The notes under the pieces are model-generated. The model did not search any database, had not been told where the DNA came from, and worked only from the letters and a program-made list of their open reading frames with translations. Position numbers and translations under genes: made by a program. Of a stretch of DNA of 38,577 nt, positions 1-9,167 are shown piece after piece. The first letter of the stretch is position 1; each line of letters opens with the position of its first letter. This DNA comes from Nitrospiraceae bacterium. GTDB taxonomy: Bacteria > Nitrospirota > Nitrospiria > Nitrospirales > Nitrospiraceae. The DNA lies in the NCBI GenBank assembly GCA_035253365.1, contig DATFCE010000313.1, positions 1-38,577 on the forward strand. Reading direction: 5' to 3'.

Positions 1-1
1 C

Positions 2-958
2 GAGAGTGAATTTGCGGTGATGTCTCAATGTGCAGGCGCCGCTTTCGGCGGAGCCCGTGTCTTTACGACAACGGCCGGTCCCGGAACGATGCGCGCCATG
101 GAAAACTTCCCGATGTGGGCCGGCGCCAGGCTCCCAATTCAGATGATCGTCACATGCCGCGGCATCAATTCTCCGCTGTCGATTCAGCCGGACACCTTGG
201 AGATTTCCTACCTGCTCAATACCGGTATGCTGGTGTGGCACGCGGAAACCGCGCAGGACTTTTATGATTGGATCCTCAAGGGCTACATGGTTTCTGAAGA
301 ACCTGATGTCCATCTTCCGTTGGCTTTGTGCTGTGACGGATTTTTCGTCACGCACACCAAGGACGTCGTGCAACTCACGCCTGCGGATATGTGCTTACCG
401 CCGTATGATCCTTACCGATCGCCCGTGCCGTGTATGGATATGGAGTGTCCTCCCGTCAGAATGATGCGCGATCCTTTCGTCATGAAGAGCAACTACATCA
501 GCTATGCCACGCACGCCAGCTGGCAGCAGGAAGTTTGGGCGGCGGTCGAACGTTCCCGCAAGCATTCCATCACCTGGTTGAACGGCCTGATCGATACTGA
601 AAATACGGATGCTGAAGTTTTAATCGTTTCATCGGGAACCGCTGTGTCCCAGGGCCGTGAAGCCATTCGATTATTAGAGGATGAAGGGATCAGGTGCGGT
701 CTGGTGAAAATTAAGACCTTGCGGCCTTGGCCCGGCGAGGAAATTCGCGAAGCCACAAAAAATGCAAAGCACATTATTGTTCCTGAATTTAACGTCACAG
801 GCTGGTTGGCAAAAGAAATCCGGGCAAGCATTCGGGACAGTGATCGCGTCATTGCCGCACCTCACGTCTGCGGGGGCATGACGATGCCACCAGAGATTAT
901 CGTCTCCGAAATCAAAAAGACCTTAGGCATGCGCACTGTTTCATTGGCAGGCCGGTGA
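2..958 (+). CDS. 2-oxoacid:ferredoxin oxidoreductase, alpha subunit (5' end outside window)
   Basis: The frame is open from base 2, with no stop before the first ATG at 17, so the CDS enters from upstream. The segment AGAAFGGARVFTTTAGPG is typical of OFOR alpha subunits. It is followed in the same operon by beta, gamma and ferredoxin-type subunits. Confidence 0.85.
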   Translation, partial: ESEFAVMSQCAGAAFGGARVFTTTAGPGTMRAMENFPMWAGARLPIQMIVTCRGINSPLSIQPDTLEISYLLNTGMLVWHAETAQDFYDWILKGYMVSEEPDVHLPLALCCDGFFVTHTKDVVQLTPADMCLPPYDPYRSPVPCMDMECPPVRMMRDPFVMKSNYISYATHASWQQEVWAAVERSRKHSITWLNGLIDTENTDAEVLIVSSGTAVSQGREAIRLLEDEGIRCGLVKIKTLRPWPGEEIREATKNAKHIIVPEFNVTGWLAKEIRASIRDSDRVIAAPHVCGGMTMPPEIIVSEIKKTLGMRTVSLAGR

Positions 959-1025
959 AGTTGACGTTGGCCAATTCGTCGAAATAAGTTCTCTGGCTAA
1001 GCGAGGAGTCCGAATAGGAGGCATC

Positions 1026-1931
1026 ATGAGTAAAGAGCGGATAAAGATTGCGCCAGAATTCTTCGATATCATGCCGCCCGAGTATCAAGATCTCGTCGAA
1101 CGGGCAACATACGGCAAAGACGATCGAGGGTGGAAGGATATTGGGAATGCCAAAGAGCTCATTGAAGAGCATTCGCTCTGCGCCGGATGCCCGGAATCAA
1201 TGGCATTTCGATATATCCTGGCTTCGCTGCCTAATCCCGAAGATACGGTCATGGTGGGATCAACCGGGTGCACCAGTCTGGTGTTCCCGCATGTCGCCGT
1301 GCACAACATCCATTCCCTTTTCGGCAATCAAAACGCCATCGCATCGGGTCTCAAACGCGCGCTCAGCGTTCGATTCCCCGGCCGCGTCAAAGACGTTGTA
1401 GTGTTGGCCGGCGACGGCGCAACGGTGGACATCGGTTTGGACATGACGCTACAGGCTTGGTTTCGCCAGGAGAAATTCACGACGATCTGCTTCGACAACG
1501 AGCTGTATGCCAACACCGGGGGCCAGGAGAGCGGACTCATGCAAAAGGGCTTCGTCGCCAAGATGGCGCCCGTCGGCAAGACGTTTGAGAAAGTGCGGCT
1601 CCCTGAAATTGCTCGCGAGTCCGGATGTCATTATGTCGTCAATTGCACGGTCAGCAAACCTTCCTTGGTCGAAAAAGTGATCAGGAACGCGGTGTTGGTC
1701 GCCCGCGAGATTGGGCCGACGTACCTCCAGCTCTACACCCCGTGCATTTTAGAAATCGGAAAGAACAGCATGGAAGGGCTTCAGGAAATGCGTGACTCCG
1801 AGAAGCCGACTGAGCGGTTTGCCTATAAAGAGTACATAAGCGAACCGGCAAAACAGCTATTAGCCGAAGCGGCCGCGAAGGAAAAGGAAAAGAAAGCGGC
1901 GGCGAAACAATTGGCTTCTCAAGGGGCATAA
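1026..1931 (+). CDS. 2-oxoacid:ferredoxin oxidoreductase, beta subunit (TPP-binding)
   Basis: 301 aa. TPP-binding GDG motif (VLAGDGATVDIGL), N-terminal Cys motif (CAGCPES), GGAGG-like SD (aggagg) upstream of the ATG. Confidence 0.9.
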   Translation: MSKERIKIAPEFFDIMPPEYQDLVERATYGKDDRGWKDIGNAKELIEEHSLCAGCPESMAFRYILASLPNPEDTVMVGSTGCTSLVFPHVAVHNIHSLFGNQNAIASGLKRALSVRFPGRVKDVVVLAGDGATVDIGLDMTLQAWFRQEKFTTICFDNELYANTGGQESGLMQKGFVAKMAPVGKTFEKVRLPEIARESGCHYVVNCTVSKPSLVEKVIRNAVLVAREIGPTYLQLYTPCILEIGKNSMEGLQEMRDSEKPTERFAYKEYISEPAKQLLAEAAAKEKEKKAAAKQLASQGA

Positions 1932-1969
1932 ACCGACGAGTTGATATAGCTGGGGCGAGAGGGATTGAG

Positions 1970-2674
1970 ATGATTAAAAAACGGATCAACATTCGGATGT
2001 CCGGACTGGGCGGTCAGGGTGCGGTCACAGGCGCACATGTGATGGCCATGGCGGCGTCGAAAGACGGTAAGTTTGCCATTTCTAATCCATTCTTCGGCGC
2101 TGAAAAACGCATGGCGCCTGCGGAAAGCTATTGTCGAATCGGCATTGAGCGTATCTATGATCGCGGCGAACTGGTCTTTCCGGACCTGATTGAGGTGTAT
2201 CACCCACAGGTCATTACCATGGGAAAGAGCTATACCATGCCGTTTTATTCGGGGATCAAGGAAGGCGGGGTGGTCATCATTAACTCCGACGTGCCTTTGC
2301 TATCCGATGAGGACATCGAACGGTTACGGGATCTTAATGTGGCCGTCTTCTATATCAAGGGGACGCAGATCGCCCTCGAAATAGCCGGGACGGAGCTGTC
2401 CACCAACATGACCATGATCGGCTCCGCAGCCGGCATCACCCAATGTGTGTCTATGAACGCGCTCGATCTCGCCTTGCAGGAGCGGTTCGGGAAAAAGTTT
2501 GTCGCATCCGGTGGGACCGCTACCTTGGACGAGGCGATCAAGAAGAAATTTGCCAAGAAAGAGATGCTGTTGGCGAAGAACCTCGCCACGGTGAAGCGAG
2601 CCTACGAGATGGGAGCTGAGTGGGCCGAGAAGAACAACGTGGAACTTAAAGTGGCGGCGATGGCTGCCGCGTAA
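1970..2674 (+). CDS. 2-oxoacid:ferredoxin oxidoreductase, gamma subunit
   Basis: 234 aa. N-terminal GLGGQG motif typical of pyruvate/ketoisovalerate oxidoreductase gamma domains. Position between the beta and ferredoxin subunits. Confidence 0.85.
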   Translation: MIKKRINIRMSGLGGQGAVTGAHVMAMAASKDGKFAISNPFFGAEKRMAPAESYCRIGIERIYDRGELVFPDLIEVYHPQVITMGKSYTMPFYSGIKEGGVVIINSDVPLLSDEDIERLRDLNVAVFYIKGTQIALEIAGTELSTNMTMIGSAAGITQCVSMNALDLALQERFGKKFVASGGTATLDEAIKKKFAKKEMLLAKNLATVKRAYEMGAEWAEKNNVELKVAAMAAA

Positions 2675-2694
2675 CGAACAGGACGGCCAGACGA

Positions 2695-2973
2695 ATGTAT
2701 AACGTAGCGCAAGTGATCGAAGAAAAATGTGTCGCTAAAAAGGGATGCCGGCTGTGCATCATGTATTGCCCGGAGGCGAACTGCCTTGACCTCAATGTCA
2801 CAAAGATGATCGCCGAGGTCACCATCAATCGGTGCAAAGGATGTGAGTTGTGTGTGGTGGTCTGTAACGCTGCCAAACATCAAGCGATCGAAATGCAAGC
2901 CGTGAGCGCCAGCGGGAAATTGATGGCTCAGAAGGGAGAATCCGCGGCATTGGGCCAAGCCTATCAGGGCTGA
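2695..2973 (+). CDS. 2x[4Fe-4S] ferredoxin-type subunit of the OFOR complex
   Basis: 92 aa with two cluster motifs: CVAKKGCRLCIMYCP and CKGCELCVVVC. Last gene of the operon. Confidence 0.85.
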   Translation: MYNVAQVIEEKCVAKKGCRLCIMYCPEANCLDLNVTKMIAEVTINRCKGCELCVVVCNAAKHQAIEMQAVSASGKLMAQKGESAALGQAYQG

Positions 2974-2996
2974 CCGGGTTCAGAGGGTGATTTGAA

Positions 2997-3030
2997 CCCC
3001 ATGGCGCCTCCGCTATGGGGTTTTTTTATT
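2997..3030 (+). terminator. Rho-independent terminator of the OFOR operon
   Basis: Stem CCCCAT (2997-3002) / ATGGGG (3015-3020) with a 12-nt loop, followed directly by T7 (3021-3027). Lies 24 nt after the stop at 2973. Confidence 0.6.
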
Positions 3031-3058
3031 GATTGAATGACGTCCCGGGAGGAGTGCG

Positions 3059-3331
3059 ATGCAACAAGGCGAAGACAATGTGGTGAGCTCGCTGCTGATG
3101 GAAATCTCCACATTGCTCAAACAATTTCCGCAGGCTTTGGAACGCCGAGCGGCCGAGATCGAGGCCACCGGCAAAGACCCTGAACTGGCGGGCAAACTGG
3201 CGAAAGGCGCCGATGCGATGCGGGACAGTGGGAACATCTATCTCTCATGGGCCCGTCACTTCACCGCCCTATCGGAAGGCAACACCGATGCGTCCGCGGA
3301 TGAAGACGAGTCGGAAGATTTCGACGTGTAG
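3059..3331 (+). CDS. hypothetical protein, acidic C-terminus
   Basis: 90-aa ORF with GGAGG-like SD (gggaggag) upstream. No recognisable motifs. Confidence 0.4.
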   Translation: MQQGEDNVVSSLLMEISTLLKQFPQALERRAAEIEATGKDPELAGKLAKGADAMRDSGNIYLSWARHFTALSEGNTDASADEDESEDFDV

Positions 3332-3444
3332 CCATCACGCCATGGAGGATCACCGTAAAAAGTTCGTTCCACCGGCCCGCATGATTATGCTAGAATTCTT
3401 CCTCGCTATTGTTTCAATTCCTTATTGATTATTCACTCCCTCGT

Positions 3445-3520
3445 TCCCCGGTAGCTCAGTTGGTAGAGCGATCGGCTGTTAACCGATTGGTCGCAGGTTC
3501 GAGTCCTGCCCGGGGAGCCA
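3445..3520 (+). tRNA. tRNA-Asn (anticodon GTT)
   Basis: 76 nt folded by hand. Acceptor TCCCCGG/CCGGGGA, D arm GCTC-AGTTGGTA-GAGC, anticodon arm ATCGG-CTGTTAA-CCGAT, T arm GCAGG-TTCGAGT-CCTGC, encoded CCA. Confidence 0.95.
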
Positions 3521-3565
3521 ATTTCAGACACTTTTGAACCCAGGGATAAGCCGGGGTACCGGGTG

Positions 3566-3817
3566 ATGGAAAATGTACATTTGGACCTTTCTCCTGATGA
3601 AGCCCTTGTTCTTTCACACTGGCTCTTCAACTATCAGCAGACCGACGGGCTTTCCTTTTCTCATCCAGCAGAGTATCTCGCTCTAATGAGAATTGCAGCC
3701 CAGCTCGACAAAATATTAGCCGAGCCTTTTATGGCGGATTACGACGACCTTCTGCAACAGGCAAGAACCCGACTGGCTGATGGATTTGAAGGACATGTTC
3801 GGGGCTTAAAGCCTTGA
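3566..3817 (+). CDS. hypothetical protein
   Basis: ORF with an ATG at 3566 (the track lists GTG at 3563). No recognisable motifs. Confidence 0.35.
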   Translation: MENVHLDLSPDEALVLSHWLFNYQQTDGLSFSHPAEYLALMRIAAQLDKILAEPFMADYDDLLQQARTRLADGFEGHVRGLKP

Positions 3818-4037
3818 TCAAGTTTGCCATGGGCTTCAGGAACGTCTGCCTAATCAATACAAAATGCCTCTACCCCTCCCGGTGAGCCAATCTTAACGTC
3901 CTTCGTTTCTCGCTCTTCTGAAACTTCTGTTAATATCGGTGCCTCGTAGGGTTTGTTCTGACAGGTAGTTGGGAAGATTACCTGATAGTCTCGGCGTGTA
4001 GACCAGCCCATGATGTAGCGGTTTTACGATACCTGCG

Positions 4038-5558
4038 ATGCGCCTCTTACGCCACAGTCGACGCCCCTGGGTCATCGGATCGGCATTGCTTCTGCTGTTG
4101 GGTCACCTCGCCGGGTGTTTCTCCTCTCGAAGTCCGGATGGCGGGAGTCAGGCTAAGTTTACCCTGCCCCGACACATCAATGCGGACGATGTCGCGCTTC
4201 CATCCGGTTATCGTATTGATGCAGTGGCTACCGGTCTGACGTTTCCGACTGGTGTCGCATTCGATCGCGAGGGTCGCGTGTATGTGACGGAAGCGGGCTA
4301 TTCATATGGCGAAGTGTGGGACATCCCGCGCCTAGTCCGAATCAATGCCGACGGCAGCATGGCCGTCGTGGCGGTCGGGGAAAACAACGGTCCGTGGACC
4401 GGCGTGGCCTTCCATGAAGGGACCTTCTACGTGGCGGAAGGAGGCGCGCTTCGTGGCGGGCGAATTCTGCGCATTACTCCGGAAGGAGCCGTGACGCCAC
4501 TTGTGGAAAATCTCCCGAGCATGGGTGACCATCAAACCAACGGGCCCGTCATGGGTTCCGACGGATGGCTCTACTTCGGAGTAGGAACCTTCACCAATGC
4601 CGGCGTCGCCGGAGAAGATAACGTGAAATTCGGATGGCTAGGTCGGTTTCCGTACCACCACGATATTCCCTGCCGCGATGTGACGCTGACCGGCGAAAAC
4701 TTCAGGTCCGGTAATCCGCTTACGCCGAACGATGATGACACGATGTTGACCGGCGCTTTTGTGCCGCTAGGCACTACAACGAGTCAAGGGCAGAAGATCC
4801 GCGGACAAACGCCGTGCAGCGGCGCCATTATGCGCGTCCGGCCAAACGGGGATGAGCCTGAACTGCTGGCATGGGGATTTCGAAATCCGTTCGGGCTGGC
4901 CTTTTCACCCGACGGACGTCTATTTGTAACGGACAACAGCTACGATGACCGTGGAAGCCGGCCGGTGCATGGTACGGGGGACCTACTTTGGGAAGTCAGG
5001 TCAGGACACTGGTACGGATGGCCTGATTTCCATGGCACGCGGCTCTTGAATGACGGCGATCATTTCGTTCCACCGGGCAAGCCGCGCCCCGGACTCCTTT
5101 TGTCAAAGCATCCCGGCATTCCTCCTTCCCCGGTTGCCGTGCTGGACGTACACTCCTCTTCCGACGGATTTGATTTTTCCAGAAATCCCGCGTTTGGGCA
5201 TGTGGGTCAAGCCTTCATTGCTCAATTTGGCGATCAATCTCCGACATCCGGAAAAGTCCTTGCGCCGGTGGGCTTCAAGGTTGTGCGGGTCGATGTGAGG
5301 ACCGGAGTGATTGAAGAATTTGCCGCCAATAAAGGACGCCAGAACGGGCCGGCCTCGAAAATCGGCGGGGGCGGTTTTGAGCGTCCGATCGCGGCACGTT
5401 TCGATCCGACCGGGTCGGCGCTCTATGTAGTGGACTTCGGCGTGATGACGCTGGGACAAGGCGGAAAAGTTCGACAGCCCTGGACCTCGTCCCAAGTGGC
5501 GGCCGAGCCGCGAAAGGGCACGGGCGTCTTGTGGCGCATTACCAAACCTATGCAATAA
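4038..5558 (+). CDS. PQQ-dependent sugar (glucose/sorbosone) dehydrogenase-like beta-propeller lipoprotein
   Basis: 506 aa. Signal peptide with a perfect lipobox (LLGHLAGC). Repeated propeller signatures ATGLTFPTGVAFDREGRVYVTE and GFRNPFGLAFSPDGRLFVTDN, typical of the soluble GSDH/sorbosone dehydrogenase family. Confidence 0.75.
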   Translation: MRLLRHSRRPWVIGSALLLLLGHLAGCFSSRSPDGGSQAKFTLPRHINADDVALPSGYRIDAVATGLTFPTGVAFDREGRVYVTEAGYSYGEVWDIPRLVRINADGSMAVVAVGENNGPWTGVAFHEGTFYVAEGGALRGGRILRITPEGAVTPLVENLPSMGDHQTNGPVMGSDGWLYFGVGTFTNAGVAGEDNVKFGWLGRFPYHHDIPCRDVTLTGENFRSGNPLTPNDDDTMLTGAFVPLGTTTSQGQKIRGQTPCSGAIMRVRPNGDEPELLAWGFRNPFGLAFSPDGRLFVTDNSYDDRGSRPVHGTGDLLWEVRSGHWYGWPDFHGTRLLNDGDHFVPPGKPRPGLLLSKHPGIPPSPVAVLDVHSSSDGFDFSRNPAFGHVGQAFIAQFGDQSPTSGKVLAPVGFKVVRVDVRTGVIEEFAANKGRQNGPASKIGGGGFERPIAARFDPTGSALYVVDFGVMTLGQGGKVRQPWTSSQVAAEPRKGTGVLWRITKPMQ

Positions 5559-5588
5559 CGCGAGAAGAACCACGGGTGGGTTAGAGCC

Positions 5589-5942
5589 ATGAGCATGCGA
5601 CGGCATGCCTTTCTGACGGTAGTGGTCATAGTCCTCGCCTCGTTGTGGTCCGGTTGTGGCTCGGCCCGTCGAGGCGAGCCCATTGCGGGACCGATGGTAA
5701 TCGCTTCTCCAGAAATCAAACAGGGACAGCAAGCCTTTATGAAACACTGCCACCAGTGCCACCCCGGCGGGGAAGCGGGGCTGGGTCCGGCTTTAAATAA
5801 CAAACCGCTGCCCCAATTTCTCATGCGCTTTCAGGTGCGCCAGGGATTCGGAGCCATGCCGGCCTTCTCCGAGCAGGAAATCAATGACGAGGACTTAGAC
5901 CACCTCCTGGCCTATCTCAAAGCACTGAAGAGCCATGGATGA
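5589..5942 (+). CDS. class I c-type cytochrome (monohaem), exported
   Basis: 117 aa. Hydrophobic signal ending in SGC. One CXXCH haem motif (CHQCH). A distal Met candidate in GFGAMPAF. Confidence 0.8.
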   Translation: MSMRRHAFLTVVVIVLASLWSGCGSARRGEPIAGPMVIASPEIKQGQQAFMKHCHQCHPGGEAGLGPALNNKPLPQFLMRFQVRQGFGAMPAFSEQEINDEDLDHLLAYLKALKSHG

Positions 5943-6061
5943 TTCCACTTCTATGATGATTGATCGTTCCCAGACCATGCGCGGCACTCTACGCGGCCAC
6001 CCCTTCTCACAAAACAAACACTCCGCTTGACCCTCATGGTCGCCATTCTCTACGGTGGACC

Positions 6062-6745
6062 ATGACCGATTTCACGGCCCTTGCTCATTTCTTGTTCCAA
6101 TGCGCCAACAGCCGTGTCCCCGCCCACGCTCATGACCAACTCGAGGCGCTGGCGCAAGGGATGCGGTTACACCAAAAGGGCCGAGGCTTCCAAGAATCGT
6201 TCGCGACAGCGACTCGGCGATTCGGCAGCGCCACAATTTCCCTCACAACAATCGAGACGGGTGAACTCGCCCGGCTCGGTGTCATTTGGCCGCCTATCCA
6301 TAGGCTCGACGAGCTCGTCAGAATCGCTATGCTGACTATCGCCGCCGCGGACCTAACCGAACCGGCCTACCGGGTGTTGATTCAAGACTGCTACGAACAT
6401 GGCGACGTCCGAGAGCGTCGCGCAATCCTTCGAGCCTTGCCGTTCTTGCCTCATGGCGATCGCTTTCTAGCTCTGGCGTTGGAGGCATGCCGGAGCCACG
6501 TTCTCCCAATCTTCGAGGCAATTGCCTGCGAGAATCGTTATCCAGCCGAACATCTTCCGGGACAGAACTTCAATCAGATGGTCTTGAGGGCTCTTTTCAC
6601 AGAAACGGCCATAAGTCGGATAGTCGGGCTCGAGAAACGGATCACCCCCGAGTTGATGCAAATGGCACGGGACTATGCCAGTGAACGGCAAGCCGCCGGG
6701 CGAAGCATACCGCCGGATGTCCGGCGACTGGCGCACGGGGAGTAG
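6062..6745 (+). CDS. eboA: EboA-family protein
   Basis: Assigned mainly from position directly upstream of eboB and from size (227 aa from ATG 6062; the track ORF starts at a TTG at 5960). My memory of EboA conservation (GD..ER.AILRAL, NRYP, NQMVLRALF, ERQAAGR) is approximate. Confidence 0.6.
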   Translation: MTDFTALAHFLFQCANSRVPAHAHDQLEALAQGMRLHQKGRGFQESFATATRRFGSATISLTTIETGELARLGVIWPPIHRLDELVRIAMLTIAAADLTEPAYRVLIQDCYEHGDVRERRAILRALPFLPHGDRFLALALEACRSHVLPIFEAIACENRYPAEHLPGQNFNQMVLRALFTETAISRIVGLEKRITPELMQMARDYASERQAAGRSIPPDVRRLAHGE

Positions 6746-6808
6746 CGCGAACCGAAAGCAGACGACACGCCGGACAATCTCTGCCAATCATGTTTGGAAG
6801 GAGCCATC

Positions 6809-7711
6809 ATGCGCTGCTTTGATCCGCACATCCATATGACCTCAAGGACGACCGATGACTATGAAGCCATGCGGCGCGCCGGCATTGTGGCCGTCATCGA
6901 GCCGTCCTTCTGGCTGGGACAGCCCCGCACCCATATCGGAACCTTTGAGGATTATTTCAGATCGCTCATCGGGTGGGAGCCGTTTAGAGCGAGCCAATTC
7001 GGCATCCGCCATTTCTGCACGCTCTCACTCAATCCTAAGGAGGCCAACAACCCAAGCGTGGCGGCCGGTGTCATGGAACTCCTTCCGGCCTATCTCAATA
7101 AGGATGCGGTCGTCGCGGTGGGGGAGATCGGCTATGACGAGATGACGCCCGATGAAGATCGCTACTTCGAGCTTCAACTAGAGCTGGCGCGCCGATTCGA
7201 ATTGCCCGTGCTCGTCCATACGCCGCATCGCGATAAGAAGCGCGGGACGGAGCGGAGCCTCGCGCTGATCCGGAATGCCGGATTCTCCGAGGACCGTGTG
7301 CTCATCGACCATAATACGGAAGAAACGCTCCCGTTGGTGCTCGCAACCCGGTGTTGGGCAGGCCATTCAATCTATCCAAAAACAAAAATGGACGAACCGC
7401 GGATGGTCGCGCTCGTGAAACGGTATGGGGCAGAGCGAATCATCATCAATAGCGCGGCCGATTGGGGGGTCAGCGATCCGTTGAAGGTGCCGAAAACCGC
7501 CGCGCTGATGCGCGAAAGCGGCATCGCGGAGAAGGACATCGAGACTATCATTTGGCACAATCCAACCGCCTTCTTCAGCCAGAGCGGCAAACTCGATCTC
7601 GGCGCCGTCGAACAAGATCCCGACATTGACCAGACCCAACTTTGGGAAGGCAACAGCGTGCTCCGTGGCCAGGCGCCTGTCGGAGAAGGCAAAGGTAAAG
7701 TAAAAAGGTAA
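6809..7711 (+). CDS. eboB: TatD-family metal-dependent hydrolase (EboB)
   Basis: The N-terminal FDPHIHM motif is typical of TatD amidohydrolases. SD GGAAGGAG lies 6 nt upstream of ATG 6809 (the track start at 6794 is TTG). Confidence 0.85.
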   Translation: MRCFDPHIHMTSRTTDDYEAMRRAGIVAVIEPSFWLGQPRTHIGTFEDYFRSLIGWEPFRASQFGIRHFCTLSLNPKEANNPSVAAGVMELLPAYLNKDAVVAVGEIGYDEMTPDEDRYFELQLELARRFELPVLVHTPHRDKKRGTERSLALIRNAGFSEDRVLIDHNTEETLPLVLATRCWAGHSIYPKTKMDEPRMVALVKRYGAERIIINSAADWGVSDPLKVPKTAALMRESGIAEKDIETIIWHNPTAFFSQSGKLDLGAVEQDPDIDQTQLWEGNSVLRGQAPVGEGKGKVKR

Positions 7712-7774
7712 AAGCAGATCTACGGAGCAATTACCTGTTTACCTTTTGCCTTTTTACTTTTACCTTACGAAGTC

Positions 7775-9154
7775 ATGCACCGCACGCTCGTCCTCAACGT
7801 CGTGGGATTAACGCCGTCCCTACTCTCGGATGTCACGCCGAATCTGCACGCGCTGGCGGCGCGCGGAGGCATGCGACCGCTGAAGACAATCTTGCCCGCC
7901 GTCACCTGCCCGGTCCAATCTGCCTTTACCACCGGACTGCTCCCGCGTGACCACGGGTGCGTGGCCAACGGCTGGTATTTTCGCGACCTGTCGGAAGTCT
8001 GGTTATGGCGCCAATCCAACCGCTTAATCGGCGGAGAAAAGATCTGGGAGACCGCGGCGCGCCGAGATCACAACTTTACCTGCGCCAAACTCTTCTGGTG
8101 GTACAACATGTACAGCTCCGCCGACTATACCGTCACACCACGGCCTCTGTACCCAGCCGATGGGAGAAAAATTCCCGACATCTACACGCAACCGGCCGAG
8201 CTCCGCGAGGAGCTCATCCAGCGATTCGGTCCGTTTCCCCTCTTTCATTTCTGGGGTCCCGCTGCGGATATCACATCAAGTCGCTGGATCACCGACTGCG
8301 CGCGGTATCTCTACGAAACCCGGAGGCCGACGCTCACGCTCGTCTACCTTCCCCATCTCGACTATAACTTGCAACGGCTCGGTCCGGATCATCCGCGCAT
8401 TAGAAATGATCTGACAGCCATCGATGCGCTCTGCGGCGAATTGATCGACCAGGTCCAGCGCAATGGCGACAGGATCGTAGTGCTTTCCGAATATGGAGTG
8501 ACGCCGGTCATCGGGCCGATCCACATCAACCGCGCGCTTCGCGAGGCCAAGTGGCTTCGTGTCAGATCGGAATTAGGACTCGAAAGGTTGGATACCGGCG
8601 CGTCGGATGTATTTGCCGTCGCGGATCATCAAGTGGCTCATGTGTACGTCCAAACATCCGAGCTCGTGAAAGAGGTTCAGCAGCGGCTGGAAGCGTTGGA
8701 CGGCGTGGAAACGGTGCTCGATGAGGAAGGCAAACGAGCCTGGGGGCTCGATCATGAGCGCTCCGGAGAGCTGATCGCGATCGCGAGGCGGGATCGATGG
8801 TTCACCTACTATTACTGGCTGGATGACCGAGTCGCGCCGGACTTTGCGCGCACCGTCGACATCCATCGCAAGCCGGGGTACGATCCCGTGGAGCTGTTTC
8901 TGAATCCCGCGCTTCGCGTGCCGAAACTCCAAATCGGATGGCGCCTTCTCAAGAAAACATTGGGCTTGCGTTATCTCATGGATGTGATCTCCCTGGATGC
9001 CGGGCTGGTGAAAGGATCTCACGGCCGAGTGGAAGACGACCCGTCTTCGGGTCCGCTGCTCATCTCAAGCGAGCCGTCATTATTGCCGGATACAGGCATC
9101 CATGCGACCGACGTGAAAGATCTCGTGCTCAAGCATCTCTTCGACAAGAGCTAA
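7775..9154 (+). CDS. eboF: alkaline phosphatase / nucleotide pyrophosphatase-phosphodiesterase family protein (EboF)
   Basis: 459 aa. The N-terminal VLNVVGLTPSLL is typical of type I phosphodiesterase/NPP family proteins. Ebo context. Confidence 0.8.
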   Translation: MHRTLVLNVVGLTPSLLSDVTPNLHALAARGGMRPLKTILPAVTCPVQSAFTTGLLPRDHGCVANGWYFRDLSEVWLWRQSNRLIGGEKIWETAARRDHNFTCAKLFWWYNMYSSADYTVTPRPLYPADGRKIPDIYTQPAELREELIQRFGPFPLFHFWGPAADITSSRWITDCARYLYETRRPTLTLVYLPHLDYNLQRLGPDHPRIRNDLTAIDALCGELIDQVQRNGDRIVVLSEYGVTPVIGPIHINRALREAKWLRVRSELGLERLDTGASDVFAVADHQVAHVYVQTSELVKEVQQRLEALDGVETVLDEEGKRAWGLDHERSGELIAIARRDRWFTYYYWLDDRVAPDFARTVDIHRKPGYDPVELFLNPALRVPKLQIGWRLLKKTLGLRYLMDVISLDAGLVKGSHGRVEDDPSSGPLLISSEPSLLPDTGIHATDVKDLVLKHLFDKS

Positions 9155-9167
9155 AAATCATCTGTTA

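Noticed and set aside
3433-3630. A 65-aa ORF antisense to tRNA-Asn. Likewise 38085..38447 over tRNA-Thr and 35347..35616 over the tRNA fragment.
   Set aside because: They overlap hand-folded tRNA sequence, and their translations are arbitrary.
3521-4037. A genomic island attached to tRNA-Asn.
   Set aside because: I found no downstream repeat of the tRNA-Asn 3' end by eye, no integrase, and no obvious composition shift. A computational repeat search would be needed to be sure.
5103-5824. Minus-strand ORFs (219 aa and 133 aa) overlapping the end of the dehydrogenase gene and the cytochrome c gene.
   Set aside because: Shadow ORFs. The + strand genes carry a signal peptide, propeller motifs and a CXXCH motif.
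5960-6061. N-terminal extensions offered by the ORF track: 5960 TTG, 6794 TTG, 12351, 14631, 16725 TTG, 18817 GTG, 34252 and 36395.
   Set aside because: The internal ATGs have better SD sequences or avoid overlap with upstream genes, and the extensions add non-conserved, arbitrary residues. The trimmed starts remain predictions.
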